DNA of 63,384 bases, counting the filler, from Conidiobolus incongruus B7586 (taxonomy: Eukaryota), in the NCBI GenBank assembly GCA_000697335.1. It is 19 parts of 19 records of this genome, joined end to end, with 100 filler letters (N's around TTAATTAATTAA, not from the genome) between each part and the next. Parts side by side here need not be neighbours in the genome. Positions count along the whole stretch, not along the records: positions 1 to 1,643 come from JNEM01004294.1; positions 1,744 to 3,906 come from JNEM01004295.1; positions 4,007 to 5,108 come from JNEM01004302.1; positions 5,209 to 6,245 come from JNEM01004305.1; positions 6,346 to 7,511 come from JNEM01004307.1; positions 7,612 to 8,953 come from JNEM01004309.1; positions 9,054 to 15,725 come from JNEM01004310.1; 12 more parts are not named here. One strand, written 5' to 3'. Shown piece by piece: positions 1 through 13,558 of the stretch; within the stretch, counting starts at the first letter, position 1; the number at the start of each line of letters is the position of its first letter. The notes beneath the pieces were generated by a model. That model saw only the letters and a program-made list of their open reading frames with translations, did no database searches and was not told the origin of the DNA. The translations under genes and the position numbers were made by a program.

Positions 1-279
1 TTATAATAATAATAATAAATAATACATTTTGATATATTTAGTAAAATATGATCAAAAATATTAACTTTTTATATTTAAATAAGAAATATAATAAATCAAT
101 TGATTTTTCAAATAAAGGGATATATTTAATAATATATAATCTTATCTTTTATCTCTATATACTATTATTCTATTTAATATTCCTTTATACTTTTAGTAAT
201 AAGAATATTTTACAGTTAAAAATAAATAAATATTTTAAATATAATATATAAAGTTTAATATAAAAAAATAAATATTTAA

Positions 280-1400
280 AACTAATTAAATAGTTTCCTT
301 TACTATTAATAACTTTTTGCTATACTTTTGACAAATATCTAATATCTAAACAATAGTTATTTTTATTAAGGACTGAAATTTAATATTTTACAACCTAATT
401 AAATTTTCGTATAGAAATTTTCTTTCTTGCAAACTGGTTTTTTAATTACCTAAATCAATTTCAATTATATAGGTTATAATCTAAAGAGTATATTAGATAT
501 GGTAATTCTTTCTAGTTATTTTTAATTAGAAATATTTTTATAGCTTTAGATTTATGTATTTTTCAATTATTAAGCAAAATAATTGGTTTTCTCAAATTAT
601 ATTGAGAATATTAATTTAAAATACTTTAATTTAAAAAACAATATAAGGTTTACTATTATTTGATTTTCCTTTAAGAACTAAATAATAATAGCATATATCA
701 TTATAATCTATTATAATAATTAACATTTTGTTATTAACAAAATGCTTATTTAAAGGGATTTGTAAAAGGGGTTGATTTAGTTTAATCCAGCAATTTGATT
801 TTTATTTTATTAAATAATTATATATACATATTGAAGATTCATCAATTATAATTATTTGTTGTAAAACTTTAGGCTTCTGGAAATATTTTAGTAAGTTTTA
901 TTTAGTAATAAATATTTTAGCTATTTTTTAAGCTTTGGTTAAATTATAAGATACCTATTTTATATTTGTATTTATTAGTTTAAGTTTATATTTTAATATA
1001 TATAAAATACTTATAAGACTAATATTCAAATGGTTAGATAATTCATTAACTTAAATAAAAGGATGTCTTTCAATATATTTTTTTATTTTATTAATAATTG
1101 AAATAGTAAAAGTTGAAATTGGTCTTCTAGATTTTGATATGTTTTGGATAATTTTTCTCCTAGCTTTAAAATAATTTACCTAGCAATAAATTATTGATTT
1201 ATATAATATTTTACAATTAAAAGTTGCTTGTAAATTTAAATAATTTAAAAAGGCATATGTTTAAGTTTTAATGATAATAAAATAAAACAATTTTAATGAT
1301 CATTATTTGGTTTAAATAAAATTAAATTAAATAACCAAGTTTAAAAAGCTAAATTTTAATCAAGAAAATCATTATATAGATATTAAAAATATATAATCTC
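280..1400 (-). mobile_element. Degenerate mariner (DD34D) transposon copy
   Basis: Minus-strand translation gives *VSYNLTKA*K (WVPHEL-like), IIIDES and N*KELPYLIYSLDYNL (LPHPxYSPD-like). It aligns in reverse complement with 5209-6190 and 22425-23650. Ends are approximate. Confidence 0.8.
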
Positions 1401-1989
1401 TTATTAACTTTGTATATATTTATTTATTTCAAACAAATAATATGTTTGAATAATTAGAAATTAAAAAACTTCCTATTTTTTTTAAATTCAAGGTAATATA
1501 ATATATATTGAATTTTTTATATTATTTTTATTATATTTAAATCCCTTTTTCAAAAATTTATCTATATATTCACTAACTTTATAAATAAGGTTAATTAACT
1601 TATATTATTATTAAAATTATTAATATTATTTAGTTTATTAAAANNNNNNNNNNNNNNNNNNNNNNNNNNNNNNNNNNNNNNNNNNNNTTAATTAATTAAN
1701 NNNNNNNNNNNNNNNNNNNNNNNNNNNNNNNNNNNNNNNNNNNAATATATTCATTAAATTATAAAATATAAATTATTATTATTACTTTATTTAACCAAAT
1801 TATAAAATTATTAAAATATAAACCTAATATATAAATTAAATATAATTATAGAAAATTAATAAACTTTTGAAAAAAATTAATATAAAAAATAATTGTTAAG
1901 TATTTAGATATAGTGCCAAATGTTTATTTTATTAAATTATTGGTATATTTAATTATTAAGATATTTTTTTAGGTAGGTAATAATAATTT

Positions 1990-3810
1990 TGAAATAATAA
2001 AAAGAAGATAATAAAACTAGAATAACTAAAGTTAATTAAAATATTAACAGTTTTGTTTATAAAATATCCAGTTAAAATAAATATTAGGGTAATAATTAAA
2101 AGTAAAAAATTATAAAATAGAGTAGTTACTAGTATATTTATAGTTTCTAATAGTTTAATTAGTTAGATCTTTCTAGTATATATAGCTTAATTTATAAAAT
2201 CATTAGTTTATTGGAACTTTTATAGATTAAATTAGAATTTTCTATTTAATTGTGAAAAAAGTAATTTTAAGATTATATTAATATTATTTAAGTTTGATTT
2301 ATGGTTAGTTAATTAAGATTATTGAGAATTAAATAAATATTGTTTTCTTGAAGGATATTGATCAACTTTATAATTAACTTAAGTTCTTTAATAATAATAA
2401 TAACTTTTATTTACTCTTTAATAAGTTTTAACTTTTTTACTAAAGATTTTCTTATAAAGCTTTAAAGAAGAAACATTTATTATTTGAGATTTAAATAGGT
2501 TAAAATAAGTTTTAAAGGATTAATTCTTAAGATGGGAAAATTTAGTTATCAAGTAAAAAATATTATCAATCAAAATTACTATATTATAACTATTGGAAAA
2601 AAACATATTATCAAAATATTCTTTGTTAATTAATTAGAGTTTTATTTAAGGATTAAGATATTATAATAATTTGTAGATTTATTCTTCTTTAGTGATATTT
2701 AGTATATTTTAACATATCTCATTAAACTTCTCAATTAACTATTTTATAAAAGTTTTTTTGTTTAAGTTAAGAAAGTTTTTCTTTTGTTAAATAAACTTAA
2801 TATTTTAGGTAATACTTTTTTAAAGGTTTTTTCCAACTGTTTAAAGGTTTATATTCTTATAATAAGTTATCCCCTTGAAAAGTCTTTAAGATTATGTTTA
2901 TAATAAGTTAATTATTAAATATAGATAGATTTCTTTAAAAAAATAGTTAATTTTAAGATATTCTTTAGATCTTTATTAAAAATTAAACCAAGATAATTTT
3001 TTATATTTTTAAAATAATTCTTAAGCTTATAGAGGTTTTTAAAATTATCATAAATGGTTAATCTATCTTAAAAAATACTTAGTAAGTGATTTAATATGTT
3101 AACAACAGTAAAATAGCTGGTTTGTTAAATTTAAGCTTTTTGAGTTATATTTTTCTTAACCAGAAGTTATTTAGTATAAATTTCTTATATGGCAACAAGC
3201 TTTTAAAAATTAAAGTCTTAGATTTATTTAGTAATTAAATTACTATATTTATTAAAGTAATACAAGGGTATTTTTTTTAATAGTATTATAGTGTATAATA
3301 TAAAATTTAAGTAAAATAAGTTATAAATAAAATTTAAAATAATAATAAATAGATTTAATACTAATAATTAAATATTTCTAATAGGTTTTTAATAGTTTTG
3401 TTGTTGTTACTATATAAGCATAGTGGTAAAATACCAATATAATATAAAGAAAGACTTAATATAAAAATAATATGATATAGAATATAATATTATAATATGG
3501 CTATAATATGCAAATATAAACAAAGTTTAATTAAGCTTCAAACTAGGATAAATCATTGATATATTAGATTTATAATAGGTAATACCAATATATTATAATA
3601 TTAATAGAATATAATTTCAATTTTAGAAATAATATAAAAGATAAGAAATAATAAGAATTAAGAAAAAAAAGAAAAACCTAGTTTATTAAATAATTAAATA
3701 TTATTTATATAATTAATTTAGTTATAGAAGTATAAATTAATTATATAATTTATAATTAATCAAATTATAAAGAAATGTATATAAAAATTTAGAGAACTAA
3801 TTTCTTAACA
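1990..3810 (-). mobile_element. Ty3/gypsy LTR retrotransposon relic, family B (5' LTR about 3413-3810 plus gag)
   Basis: The LTR is homologous to 24964-25353 and to the solo LTR at 29632-30023. A PBS-like TAGTAACAAC (from TGGTAGCAGC) lies just inside it. Gag-like translation reads KEKLS*LKQ...LIEKFNEIC*NILNITKEE*IYKLL. The internal region aligns with 23868-24963. Left end is approximate. Confidence 0.7.
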
Positions 3811-4010
3811 GTAATAATAATAGTAATATATTTGATATATAATAAAGTTATATTTTGAAAAATTATAAAATTTTGATTTATATTATTTTAATTTTTAAAG
3901 TTTTATNNNNNNNNNNNNNNNNNNNNNNNNNNNNNNNNNNNNNNNNNNNNTTAATTAATTAANNNNNNNNNNNNNNNNNNNNNNNNNNNNNNNNNNNNNN
4001 NNNNNNATTT

Positions 4011-4468
4011 ATTATTAAATAATATACTTTAATTATATATTATAATTTCAAGTAATCTAATATATAAAATTATTTTAGTTATTAATTAAAATATATATAT
4101 TGTTGATTTTTTGACTTATTTTTGCAAGTTAGTATATATATTAAAATTTATCAATTATATACTAAAACTTTTAATTAAATTCAATTTGAAAAAAACTTTA
4201 TTCTATAAATCCCAAAATAATACATAAATAATTCATATTATTATTAAATAATATACTTTAATTATATATTATAATTTCAAGTAATCTAATATATAAAATT
4301 ATTTTAGTTATTAATTAAAATATATATATTGTTGATTTTTTGACTTATTTTTGCAAGTTAGTATATATATTAAAATTTATCAATTATATACTAAAACTTT
4401 TAATTAAATTCAATTTGAAAAAAACTTTATTCTATAAATCCCAAAATAATACATAAATAATTCATATT
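4011..4468. repeat. Perfect 229-bp tandem duplication containing a Tc1 terminal-repeat fragment
   Basis: 4011-4239 and 4240-4468 read identical. Each contains TGACTTATTTTTGCAAGTTAGTATA, matching the reverse complement of the Tc1 TIR at 30288. It abuts a gap. Confidence 0.85.
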
Positions 4469-5208
4469 ATTATTAAACTATATTATAAATTAATTTATTA
4501 TATAAATATTTGATATTATAAAAATATAAATATAAAAATATTTTTTGAAAATATAATATTGATAATCTAATTTATTTAGTCATCAAATTTAGAGTTATAT
4601 AATATATTATTTGTAATATATATTCGAAGGAATACTTTATATAAACAAGTAATTTTAAGAATAAGTAAGTTGGTTTATTTTTTGATTTTTGATTTTTTTT
4701 GCCTCTTTTATTATTCAAAGTAATATGTGATATATATATAATAAATTCTAATATATTATAAATATAAGATATTATAAAACCAAGGTTAATTTGTAGCTAA
4801 ATTCAAATTTGATAATTAACAATATATTTGGGTTAATTCTTAATTCAAATAATTGAATCAATTCCTTACATTATCTAAAATATTAATAGCTAATATTAAT
4901 ATGTTTATTTCAATAATAAAATCATATTTAATTATTTTATTTAAGAAAAATTATTAAAAAAATAATATAATATATGAAATTCCTAATATTAACTAATATT
5001 GATTAATATTTTTTGGTTAATTTTATATTATATTTATTTAATATTATATAATAATTAAAGCTATATTATAATAATTTGAATTACACTAATATATATATAA
5101 TATATATTNNNNNNNNNNNNNNNNNNNNNNNNNNNNNNNNNNNNNNNNNNNNTTAATTAATTAANNNNNNNNNNNNNNNNNNNNNNNNNNNNNNNNNNNN
5201 NNNNNNNN

Positions 5209-6190
5209 ATTATCTATATTAATAATTTATTGCTAAATAAATTATTTTAAGGTTAAAAAAGAAATTACCTAAATCTTATTAATATTTAAAAAACTAATTT
5301 TAACTGTTACTCTTGTAATTATTAATAAAATAACAAAATATATTGAAAAGTAGCTTTTTATTTCAATAAAAGAATCATCAAGATATTTTAATATTAATTA
5401 TAAAGTATTTTATATAAATTAAAGTTTAAATTAAAATTAATTAATAAAAATATAAAATAAGTATCTTATAATTTAACTAAAGTTTAAAAAAAGCTAAAGT
5501 AGCTATATTAAATAAAATTTACAAAGATATAGCTAAAAACTAATGCTTTTACAATAAAATATTATAATTGATAAATCTTAATTTTTTTTGTATCATCCTT
5601 TATTAAAACATAAATTAAAATATTGGATTAAGCTAAATTAACCCCTTTTATAAATTTTTTTAAATAAATATTTATAAATAAATATTAATTATTATAATCA
5701 ATTATAATAATATATGCTATTTTTATTTAATACCTAAAGAAAAATCAATTAATAATAAACTTTATATTTCTTTTTTAAATAAAACTATTTTAAATTGGTA
5801 TTCTTAATATAATTTAAGTAAACCTATTATTTTGCATTATAATTGAAAAATATATAAATCTAAAATAATAAAAAATTTTCTAATTAAAAATAACTGGAAA
5901 AAACTATAATATCTAGTATATTCCTTAGATTATAACCTATGTGATTATAATTATTTTAGGCAATTAAGAAACCAGCTTATAAGAAAGAAAATTTTAATAG
6001 AAAAATTTAATTAGTTTATGAAATATCAAATTTTAATCTTTAATAAAAAAATTATTTTTTAAATATTTAATCTATATTAAAAGTATAGCAAAAAATTATT
6101 AGAAATAAAAAAAATTAATAACTTTTCATTATATATTTATTTTTTTTAATCATAAAAATTTCCTATTATTTATATTAAAAAGTAATAATA
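5209..6190 (+). mobile_element. Degenerate mariner transposon copy (5' end in gap)
   Basis: Reads YSLDYNLCDYNYFRQLRNQL near 5920-5980 (YSPD..PCDY motif). Collinear with the other mariner copies and shares their 3' terminal sequence. Confidence 0.8.
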
Positions 6191-6345
6191 AAGAAATTAA
6201 ATATTGGAATAATTTTAAAATTAAAATTAAATATATAAATGAATTNNNNNNNNNNNNNNNNNNNNNNNNNNNNNNNNNNNNNNNNNNNNTTAATTAATTA
6301 ANNNNNNNNNNNNNNNNNNNNNNNNNNNNNNNNNNNNNNNNNNNN

Positions 6346-7511
6346 TAATTTATTTAAATATATAAAATGGATTCTTTTATTTAGGTTGAATCTTTATCTT
6401 AATATAATAATGAAACTATTTTATTTATATATCTTTCTATTAAATATCTGATTTAAAAAATTTTATTAACATTTTTATTAATATTATTACTTATATTTTA
6501 TATCTTAACTATAAATTAAAGATTTTAAATATTAAAGATATTTATTAATATAATAGGTGCTATTGAATTACTTATTTTAATAAAAGATATTATTATTTAT
6601 CCTTTTATTTAAATCTAAAACTATCTTATAATTTTCCTTAATTATTATTTATTTTTATGTCTTTAATAAATAATAAATTTATTTTTCTATTAATCTTTTT
6701 TAATAATTAACTATTTTTAATTAAAATTACTCTTAATAATTTAATAATTATATTTAAACTATAGTTGTTTTAAAATTAAAATATTTATATCTTCCAATAA
6801 ATTGATTATTTTTAAGCAACTATAATTAATAACTTTTATAATCCTCTTTAATTCTTTATATTTAGTTTTTTCTTTTTATTTATTTATTACAAAAATATTA
6901 GGACTTTTATTTAAATTAATACCAATATTTTCATTTATTACTCCTTATCATTTCTTATTAACTTAAATTACTATCTTATTTGATAATTATTTTTAAGATA
7001 GTTATAATACAATTTATATAGTTTAATAATTACTTATTATTAAATATAAGGTATTTTGTTGATCTTTTTTTATTTAACCATTTTAACTTATTTTTAACAT
7101 AGAAATTATATATTTAATATATTATTATTATATCTTTTTTGATAAAAAATTGTATTTTTCCTTTTAAGTATAATTAATATTTTATTTTTTATTTAGCTTT
7201 ACTATCCTTTTATAAAGTTTTTATAAATCCTTTTTTTTAAAATATCTAATTTAAACTTTGTTTTTTAATTTAAATATTGATAAGTTAATAAATTTATATA
7301 TAATATCTTTTTCTAATATATATATTTTAATTTATTATATATTATTTTAAAATTTTTAAGTTAATTATTAAGTATTTTATTTTTCTTTTAACTTATATAA
7401 AATAAATTATCTTATATCATATATTATATTATTTTACTAAAATATCTTAATTTAAATTTTTTTTAATTTTTTTTTATAAAGTTTTGTTATTAATTATAAA
7501 CTAATATATTA
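6346..7511 (-). mobile_element. Probable retroelement relic (integrase-like?)
   Basis: Hypermutated AT-rich tract. Only a weak SNNINKNVNKIF motif (SNG..ER.N-like) is visible, and it lies downstream of the PR-RT relic at 7612-8953. Confidence 0.3.
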
Positions 7512-7611
7512 NNNNNNNNNNNNNNNNNNNNNNNNNNNNNNNNNNNNNNNNNNNNTTAATTAATTAANNNNNNNNNNNNNNNNNNNNNNNNNNNNNNNNN
7601 NNNNNNNNNNN

Positions 7612-8953
7612 ACTTATAATAAACTATAAAATTTTTAAATTAATACCATTAATGTTTTAAATAATAATATTGATGGTTTTATTAAATTAACTTTCAATAA
7701 TTCTTATATTTTAAAATTTTAAGTTATTTTTCTTTAAGTAATCTGTATAATAAATAACTTTTGGGTTTTGCTAATTTATTAAAATATATTTAATATATAA
7801 TATTTACTTTACTTATATTAAACTTATTAGTAGAGAATATATCATATTATTTCTATAGATTTAAATATAATTAATATTATTATTTTCTATTAAAATAGCT
7901 TATTTGTAATAATTCATTATTTGTCAGATTATAATAATTTTTTTTTAGAAGATAATATATATACTTAGTTGAAAATTTTAAATATACTTAAATTAACAGA
8001 TTTCTACTATTGTAAGTTTTATTCATTTATGTAAATTTAATTTTTATTTTTTTATTTCAAAGTTAAATTTTAAATTTGAATTATATCATTATAATTGAGT
8101 TTAATAGTTTTATAATAAAATTATAAATAATTAATCTAATTAGTGTTTTAAAATTAGATTTTAATTATTAAATTTTAAGCTCATTATTATCCTTTTATCA
8201 ATCAATAATTAATTTATAAATAATATTAAGTGAAATTACAAAAGATTTCTGATAAATCAATTATATACTTTTATTTTTATTTATTTTAATATTAAATTTT
8301 AGTGCCATAAAAATTAATAATTTATTACCCTTATTTGCTTATTATAATATTATATTATAGCTAATATTATTAATTTTTATATTATAAAATTTATAAATAT
8401 TTTCTTTTATGAATTTATCATTGATATTTAAAATAACATTTGTGATAATTAATTATAAAATATTAATTAATATATTATATTTACTTTTAATTAATATAAT
8501 GCCAAATATATCTATTATTTTACCTATTTTTTTAACTTCTAATATTATAAATACTTTTTTTCATTATAAAGTTTTTTTACTGGACTTTTTATTAATACGA
8601 ATTTTAAAGTTTTTTTTTGAATTTAACCATTCAAAATCATTATTAGAAATTATTGATTTAATATAACTAGTATCTAATATTACCTTAGCTAATTTTTCTT
8701 TTATTTTAATTAGCAAAAACATTACTTTATATATAATTTATTTTGAATTATTATTAAGAAATATTTTTAGTATCTGTTTTCTTATAGAATTTTTTAACTT
8801 TTAAATAATTACTTTAAAACTTATAAATTTACTTATAGACATTATAATTGATAATAATTTAATTTTTTCTGTGATTTTCTTATATTTTTTATTATTTATC
8901 TATTAAAATATTAATGATTTTTTTTAAAATATTATTTTGTTTCAATTTTTTAA
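7612..8953 (-). mobile_element. Ty3/gypsy pol relic (protease to start of RT)
   Basis: Minus strand KVILDTSYIKSIIS (aspartic protease LDTG-like) near 8645-8690, and LIKPSILLFKTLMVLI (LIEPSxSPxxxPxVLV-like RT start) near 7640-7690. Confidence 0.6.
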
Positions 8954-9053
8954 NNNNNNNNNNNNNNNNNNNNNNNNNNNNNNNNNNNNNNNNNNNNTTA
9001 ATTAATTAANNNNNNNNNNNNNNNNNNNNNNNNNNNNNNNNNNNNNNNNNNNN

Positions 9054-9452
9054 ATAATTATTCTATATAATAATTATAAAATATATAAATCTAAAGTTAT
9101 AAAAAATTTTCTAGTTAAAAATAACTAGAAAAAACTACCATATTTAGTATATTCTTTAAATTATAACATATATGACTATAATTACTTTAGGTAATTAAAA
9201 AACCAGGTTATAAAAAAGAAAATTTCTATAAAAAAATTTAATTAGTTTGCAAAATATTAAATTTCAGTTTTTAATAAAAAAATTATTTTTTAAATATTAG
9301 AAGTTTATTAAAGATATGATAAAAAATTATTAATAATTAACAAAATTATTAAATTTATATTATATATTTATTTTTATATATTATATATCAAAATATTTAT
9401 TTATATTTAATTATAAAAAATTCCCATTATTTAAAATATAGAGTAATAATAT
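9054..9452 (+). mobile_element. Mariner 3' fragment with terminal sequence
   Basis: Collinear with 5850-6190. It ends in AAAAATTCCCATTATTTAAAATATAGAGTAATA, which matches the reverse complement of 21432-21468. Confidence 0.75.
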
Positions 9453-10603
9453 AGGTTTATATTAGATATATTGGTCCTTATTATATTTAATATAGATTTT
9501 GAAGAAATTTAAACAAATTCTATATATTTAAAAAAATAATTATTTTATATTAATAATTTTAAAAAAAAATCCAGATATCAAACTATCCAGATATTATTAT
9601 TTTTATTATTATCTTTTCCAAAAATCATTATTAAATTTTAAATAGATTATATTTCTAGTTTTGGAATATATTATTTTGTTTAGGAGATTTAAATTTGAAT
9701 AATTCAATATAAAATTATATTACAAAATTGGTTCAATTAAAAAAATCATGATTAGAAACTTATATTGATGATGGTGATAAAGATTTATTAAGTATGTTAA
9801 TTTTACCCAATGATAAAAACTATGGATCTGTTTTTATATGTAATAAATAAAAATATTATATTTGATTTCTTGAAATTTTCATAATTCAGAAATTGAGATA
9901 ATTTGAAAGTCTTTATTATATTTGGACATGATATCATTTCAAATAAACTATCCATTACCCTACATTATTTGGCAAAACATCCTATATTGATATAGTATAT
10001 CAACCATAAATATAATATTTATTATTGGATATTCAAGAAAAACTAAGATTAGAAGTTGCATGATTAAATCATCCAACTGCTGTTGCCGGTCCAACATTGA
10101 ATGAGCTCAAATAAATGTAATACTTAATTATAATCATTAAAGAGCCGATGCGAATTAACTATACAACCAGGGCTGTGGACCGTATTAATAGTATTCTAAT
10201 GATATTGACAGAATATATCCATTTACCTGGAAAAGCTGCTCTTACCATGCATTGTTAGCATATTCACAGAATACCCAATTATTTCCCAAACTGTGAAAAG
10301 TTCGATCAAGAAAGATTCCCTGATCCTTTCAGTGGAGAGAGTAAAAATTCGATACCTTTTACTTTTGAGGCTATAATTTGTAAATTATTTATTTCTAAAT
10401 TTATATCAATTAATATTAATTAGGTAATAGGTTCTGGATTGCCTATTTAGTTAATGGACAAAAGAGGTAACTTGGTATTATTACTATAAATATTTGAATT
10501 TAGTGTTCAACCTGGAGACTCCTATTATAAGAATTTATAATTAAATCAAGCTGGTGTCATTAGTTCTGAATATTTGGGATAAGGTATTGAAAGAAGAATG
10601 TAA
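9453..10603 (+). pseudogene. Cytochrome P450 pseudogene, 5'-truncated tandem paralogue of the downstream P450
   Basis: Reads FILDILVLIIFNIDFE, DKDLLSMLI, NLKVFIIFGHDIISNKLSITLHYLAKHP, DIQEKLRLEV, IIKEPMRI and FDQERF in the same order and with similar intron positions as 11646-13558. It has in-frame stops and lost splice sites. Confidence 0.85.
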
Positions 10604-11645
10604 CTATCACAATACATTATCTTGAGTTGTTTGGAATAACCCAATATACATATCAAATATTGAGATTGAATTATATTTGAGTATTTGATTAAAATTGTTA
10701 ATTTGAAAAAAAATCTACTTAAAAGTTAAATATATTAAAAATAATAATTATCAATATAAAATTATTTATTACACAAATTAAATATTCCACTATTTAACAA
10801 TAAAAAGTTTTCAATTTTCAATTTTAATCAGTAAATACAAAAATGGGAATCAATCACCAAGATATAATTTTCAATAAATTAATACATTATATCGGTAATA
10901 AATCTGTTGGGCAAAATTTTAATCAATAAAATAATTAATTCTTAAAATAGATTCCATGAATATCCCACCGATTAAAATTTTCTATCAATTAACGACGATT
11001 TGCCAATTTGAAAAATATACTTTTTTGTAATAGAATGCTGACTTGACAAAGTAATATTTCTCATTTTTATTTAAATTGATGTATTCATAGATTTATTTGA
11101 ACAATTAATATTAAGCCAAGTGCTAAATTTTTGGCATTCTTAGTATTTCAAGTTATTTTATAATAAATGAAATTTACAAATTGTCTTTTATAGAAACATT
11201 TAATCAACTTCCCACTTTCCACAATTAAAGTTTGCGGTAATCATCCAAGTAAGGAAAGTTTTTTTTTCTCGATTACCAAATATATTATCCCGAAAATTCT
11301 TGATTTTAAATTACATATTTTTTATACTGTTGAAATACTAAATCAATATATAACTAAATTTTAAATAGTTACTTAACCGAACTCGAGTGGACCAAATATT
11401 TAAATTAACTTTAAAAGGATATTTCATTTTTAATACAAAATGCCCAGAATTCACTTGGAAATTTTCATATTTATCAATATTCTGGATACAATAAATCAAT
11501 TTAAATATTTGAATTAATTAAATTAACAAGTAAAATATTCAGGTGATCGTGGACATATCGCACCAATAATTATCCTGAAATTAGAAATCTAATTCACTAT
11601 AAATACAGCTTAATCAGTGATCATCTTATCAACAAAAATTGCAAA

Positions 11646-13558
11646 ATGAATGAAATATTATTTTATTGGTTATTAGCTAGCTTTTCAGCATATACCAGTT
11701 ACAAGATCTACTACGCTCTAAAATGTCCTAAGGGCATGGAGTCTATAGCCCTAGTCTCCATGTTTTCATCTCTTAATTTTGCATTCTCTCAGAAGGGATT
11801 TGATAAAAAGATTGAGGAATATCTTGGGCCTGCATTGGATAAATATGGTATTCTGAAGGTAAATAATTAAAATTTTTATTAAACTATTCAATTTTTTTTA
11901 TATTAATATTTCTTTTATTCAGTTTTGGCAACCTTCTGGTTGGGGAGTTATTATTGGAGATCCTGAGTTATCTAAGAAAGTATTCGCTAACTCTGGTAAA
12001 TTTAAATAACTTAAATCAAAGATAATCTAAATGTTAATACTTGGAATTTCAGATATTTGTATTAAAAAGGAAAACAATGCCATCATGTCAAATCCCCACT
12101 CCGCTCTATTTTTTGGAAGAGAACAAGTCGCTAATGTCAATGGAGAGGTAATTATTTCTATCAATAATATTACTTATATTAATTTGTAAAATCAAGGATT
12201 GGAAACGAATGAGAAAAGTGATGAATCCCTTATTTCATCAAACTTGGTCAATTGATATGTTAGCATCTTGTGCTAGGGAAGTAATTGATTATTGGAGCCA
12301 AACCGATGGAAAATTAATTGATGTTCATGAGATGATCCAAAAGTAATAATTCTATTCAGCCCAATTTTATAACTATTAATGAATATTGATAGGATGACTT
12401 TGGATGTATTAGGACACTCTATTTTTAATATGGATTTCGAGGTAAATATTATTTATTGATAAAATGAATTGAATACTAACCATATATTTTAGTCTGTTAA
12501 AAATCCCAGCTCCAAGTTATATAACCGCTACCATTCTATTTCCGAAGAATTATTTGGGAATTTAATTTATATGTTCTATCCAATTCTAGAAAGACTACCA
12601 TTCACTAGAAGACCTAAATTCACCGCAAAGCTCAATGAATATGATAATTTTGTTAAAGAAATGATTCAGAAGAGAAGAGAGGAATTACAAGTGGATCCCA
12701 AGACTGATAAGCAGGATTTATTGACTTTATTGATTCAGGCTTCTCAGGAGAATGGCCAGAGTTTAATGACCGATACTGAAATTAAGGTAACTGAAAGGAT
12801 TGTTTTTTGAAGATTGGATTTTAATTTCGGTTCAAATAGGATAACTTAAAAACTATGTTTATTGCTGGTCACGATACTACTTCCAATACATTGTCAGCTA
12901 CTTTGTATTATTTGGCTCGATATCCTGTAAGTAAAAATATAGATTTAATGCGCTTAACTCACTTAAACATTATTTAGGAGGTTCAAACTAAACTCAGACA
13001 AGAAATTTTACAAGTACTTGGCAATCCCACTGAATTAACCAACCCAACCTTAGATCAACTCAAACAAATGGAATATATCAATATGGTAATTAAAGAATCT
13101 ATGCGTATTATGACTACTGCCAGTGTTATTGAACGTGAGACCAATGCTCCACTCCAATTGACTGATTCTATTTGCTTACCTCCCAAAACAAGCATCTTCT
13201 TAATGATGTGGCAAGTTCATAATAATTCCCAGTATTATAAAAATCCTAGAGCTTTTGATCCTGAGAGATTTAGAGATCAACACAGTATTGAGAGTAAACA
13301 GTGGCAACCTTTTATCAGTGGGCCAAGAGCTTGTAAGTATTAATTTTGAATTGTTGACTACTTTGATCTAACTATAAATGAATAGGTATTGGTATGACAT
13401 TATCATTACTTGAACAACGCGTCAGTTTAGTGTTATTATTACAAAAATTTATATTCAGTATTGACCCTAGTAACCCTGATTATGAGCATTTGAGATTAAC
13501 ACCAGGCGGTGTTATTAAACCTAAAGACCTTAAACTTGACATTATCCCTCGTATTTAA
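11646..13558 (+). CDS. Cytochrome P450 monooxygenase (9 exons, 494 aa)
   Basis: Exons 11646-11858, 11923-11995, 12053-12147, 12197-12342, 12393-12441, 12493-12786, 12840-12926, 12978-13332, 13386-13558. All introns are GT-AG and the spliced 1485 nt are open. Motifs: N-terminal membrane anchor, WKRMR, AGHDTT, ESMR, PERF and the heme loop FISGPRACIG. Confidence 0.95.

Noticed and set aside
48..251. 67-aa ORF (likewise 16572-16754 and 28372-28587)
   Set aside because: I/L/N/K/Y/F-dominated translations typical of chance ORFs in extremely AT-rich DNA.
8409..8666. 85-aa ORF
   Set aside because: Antisense to the gypsy protease relic, with AT-driven composition.
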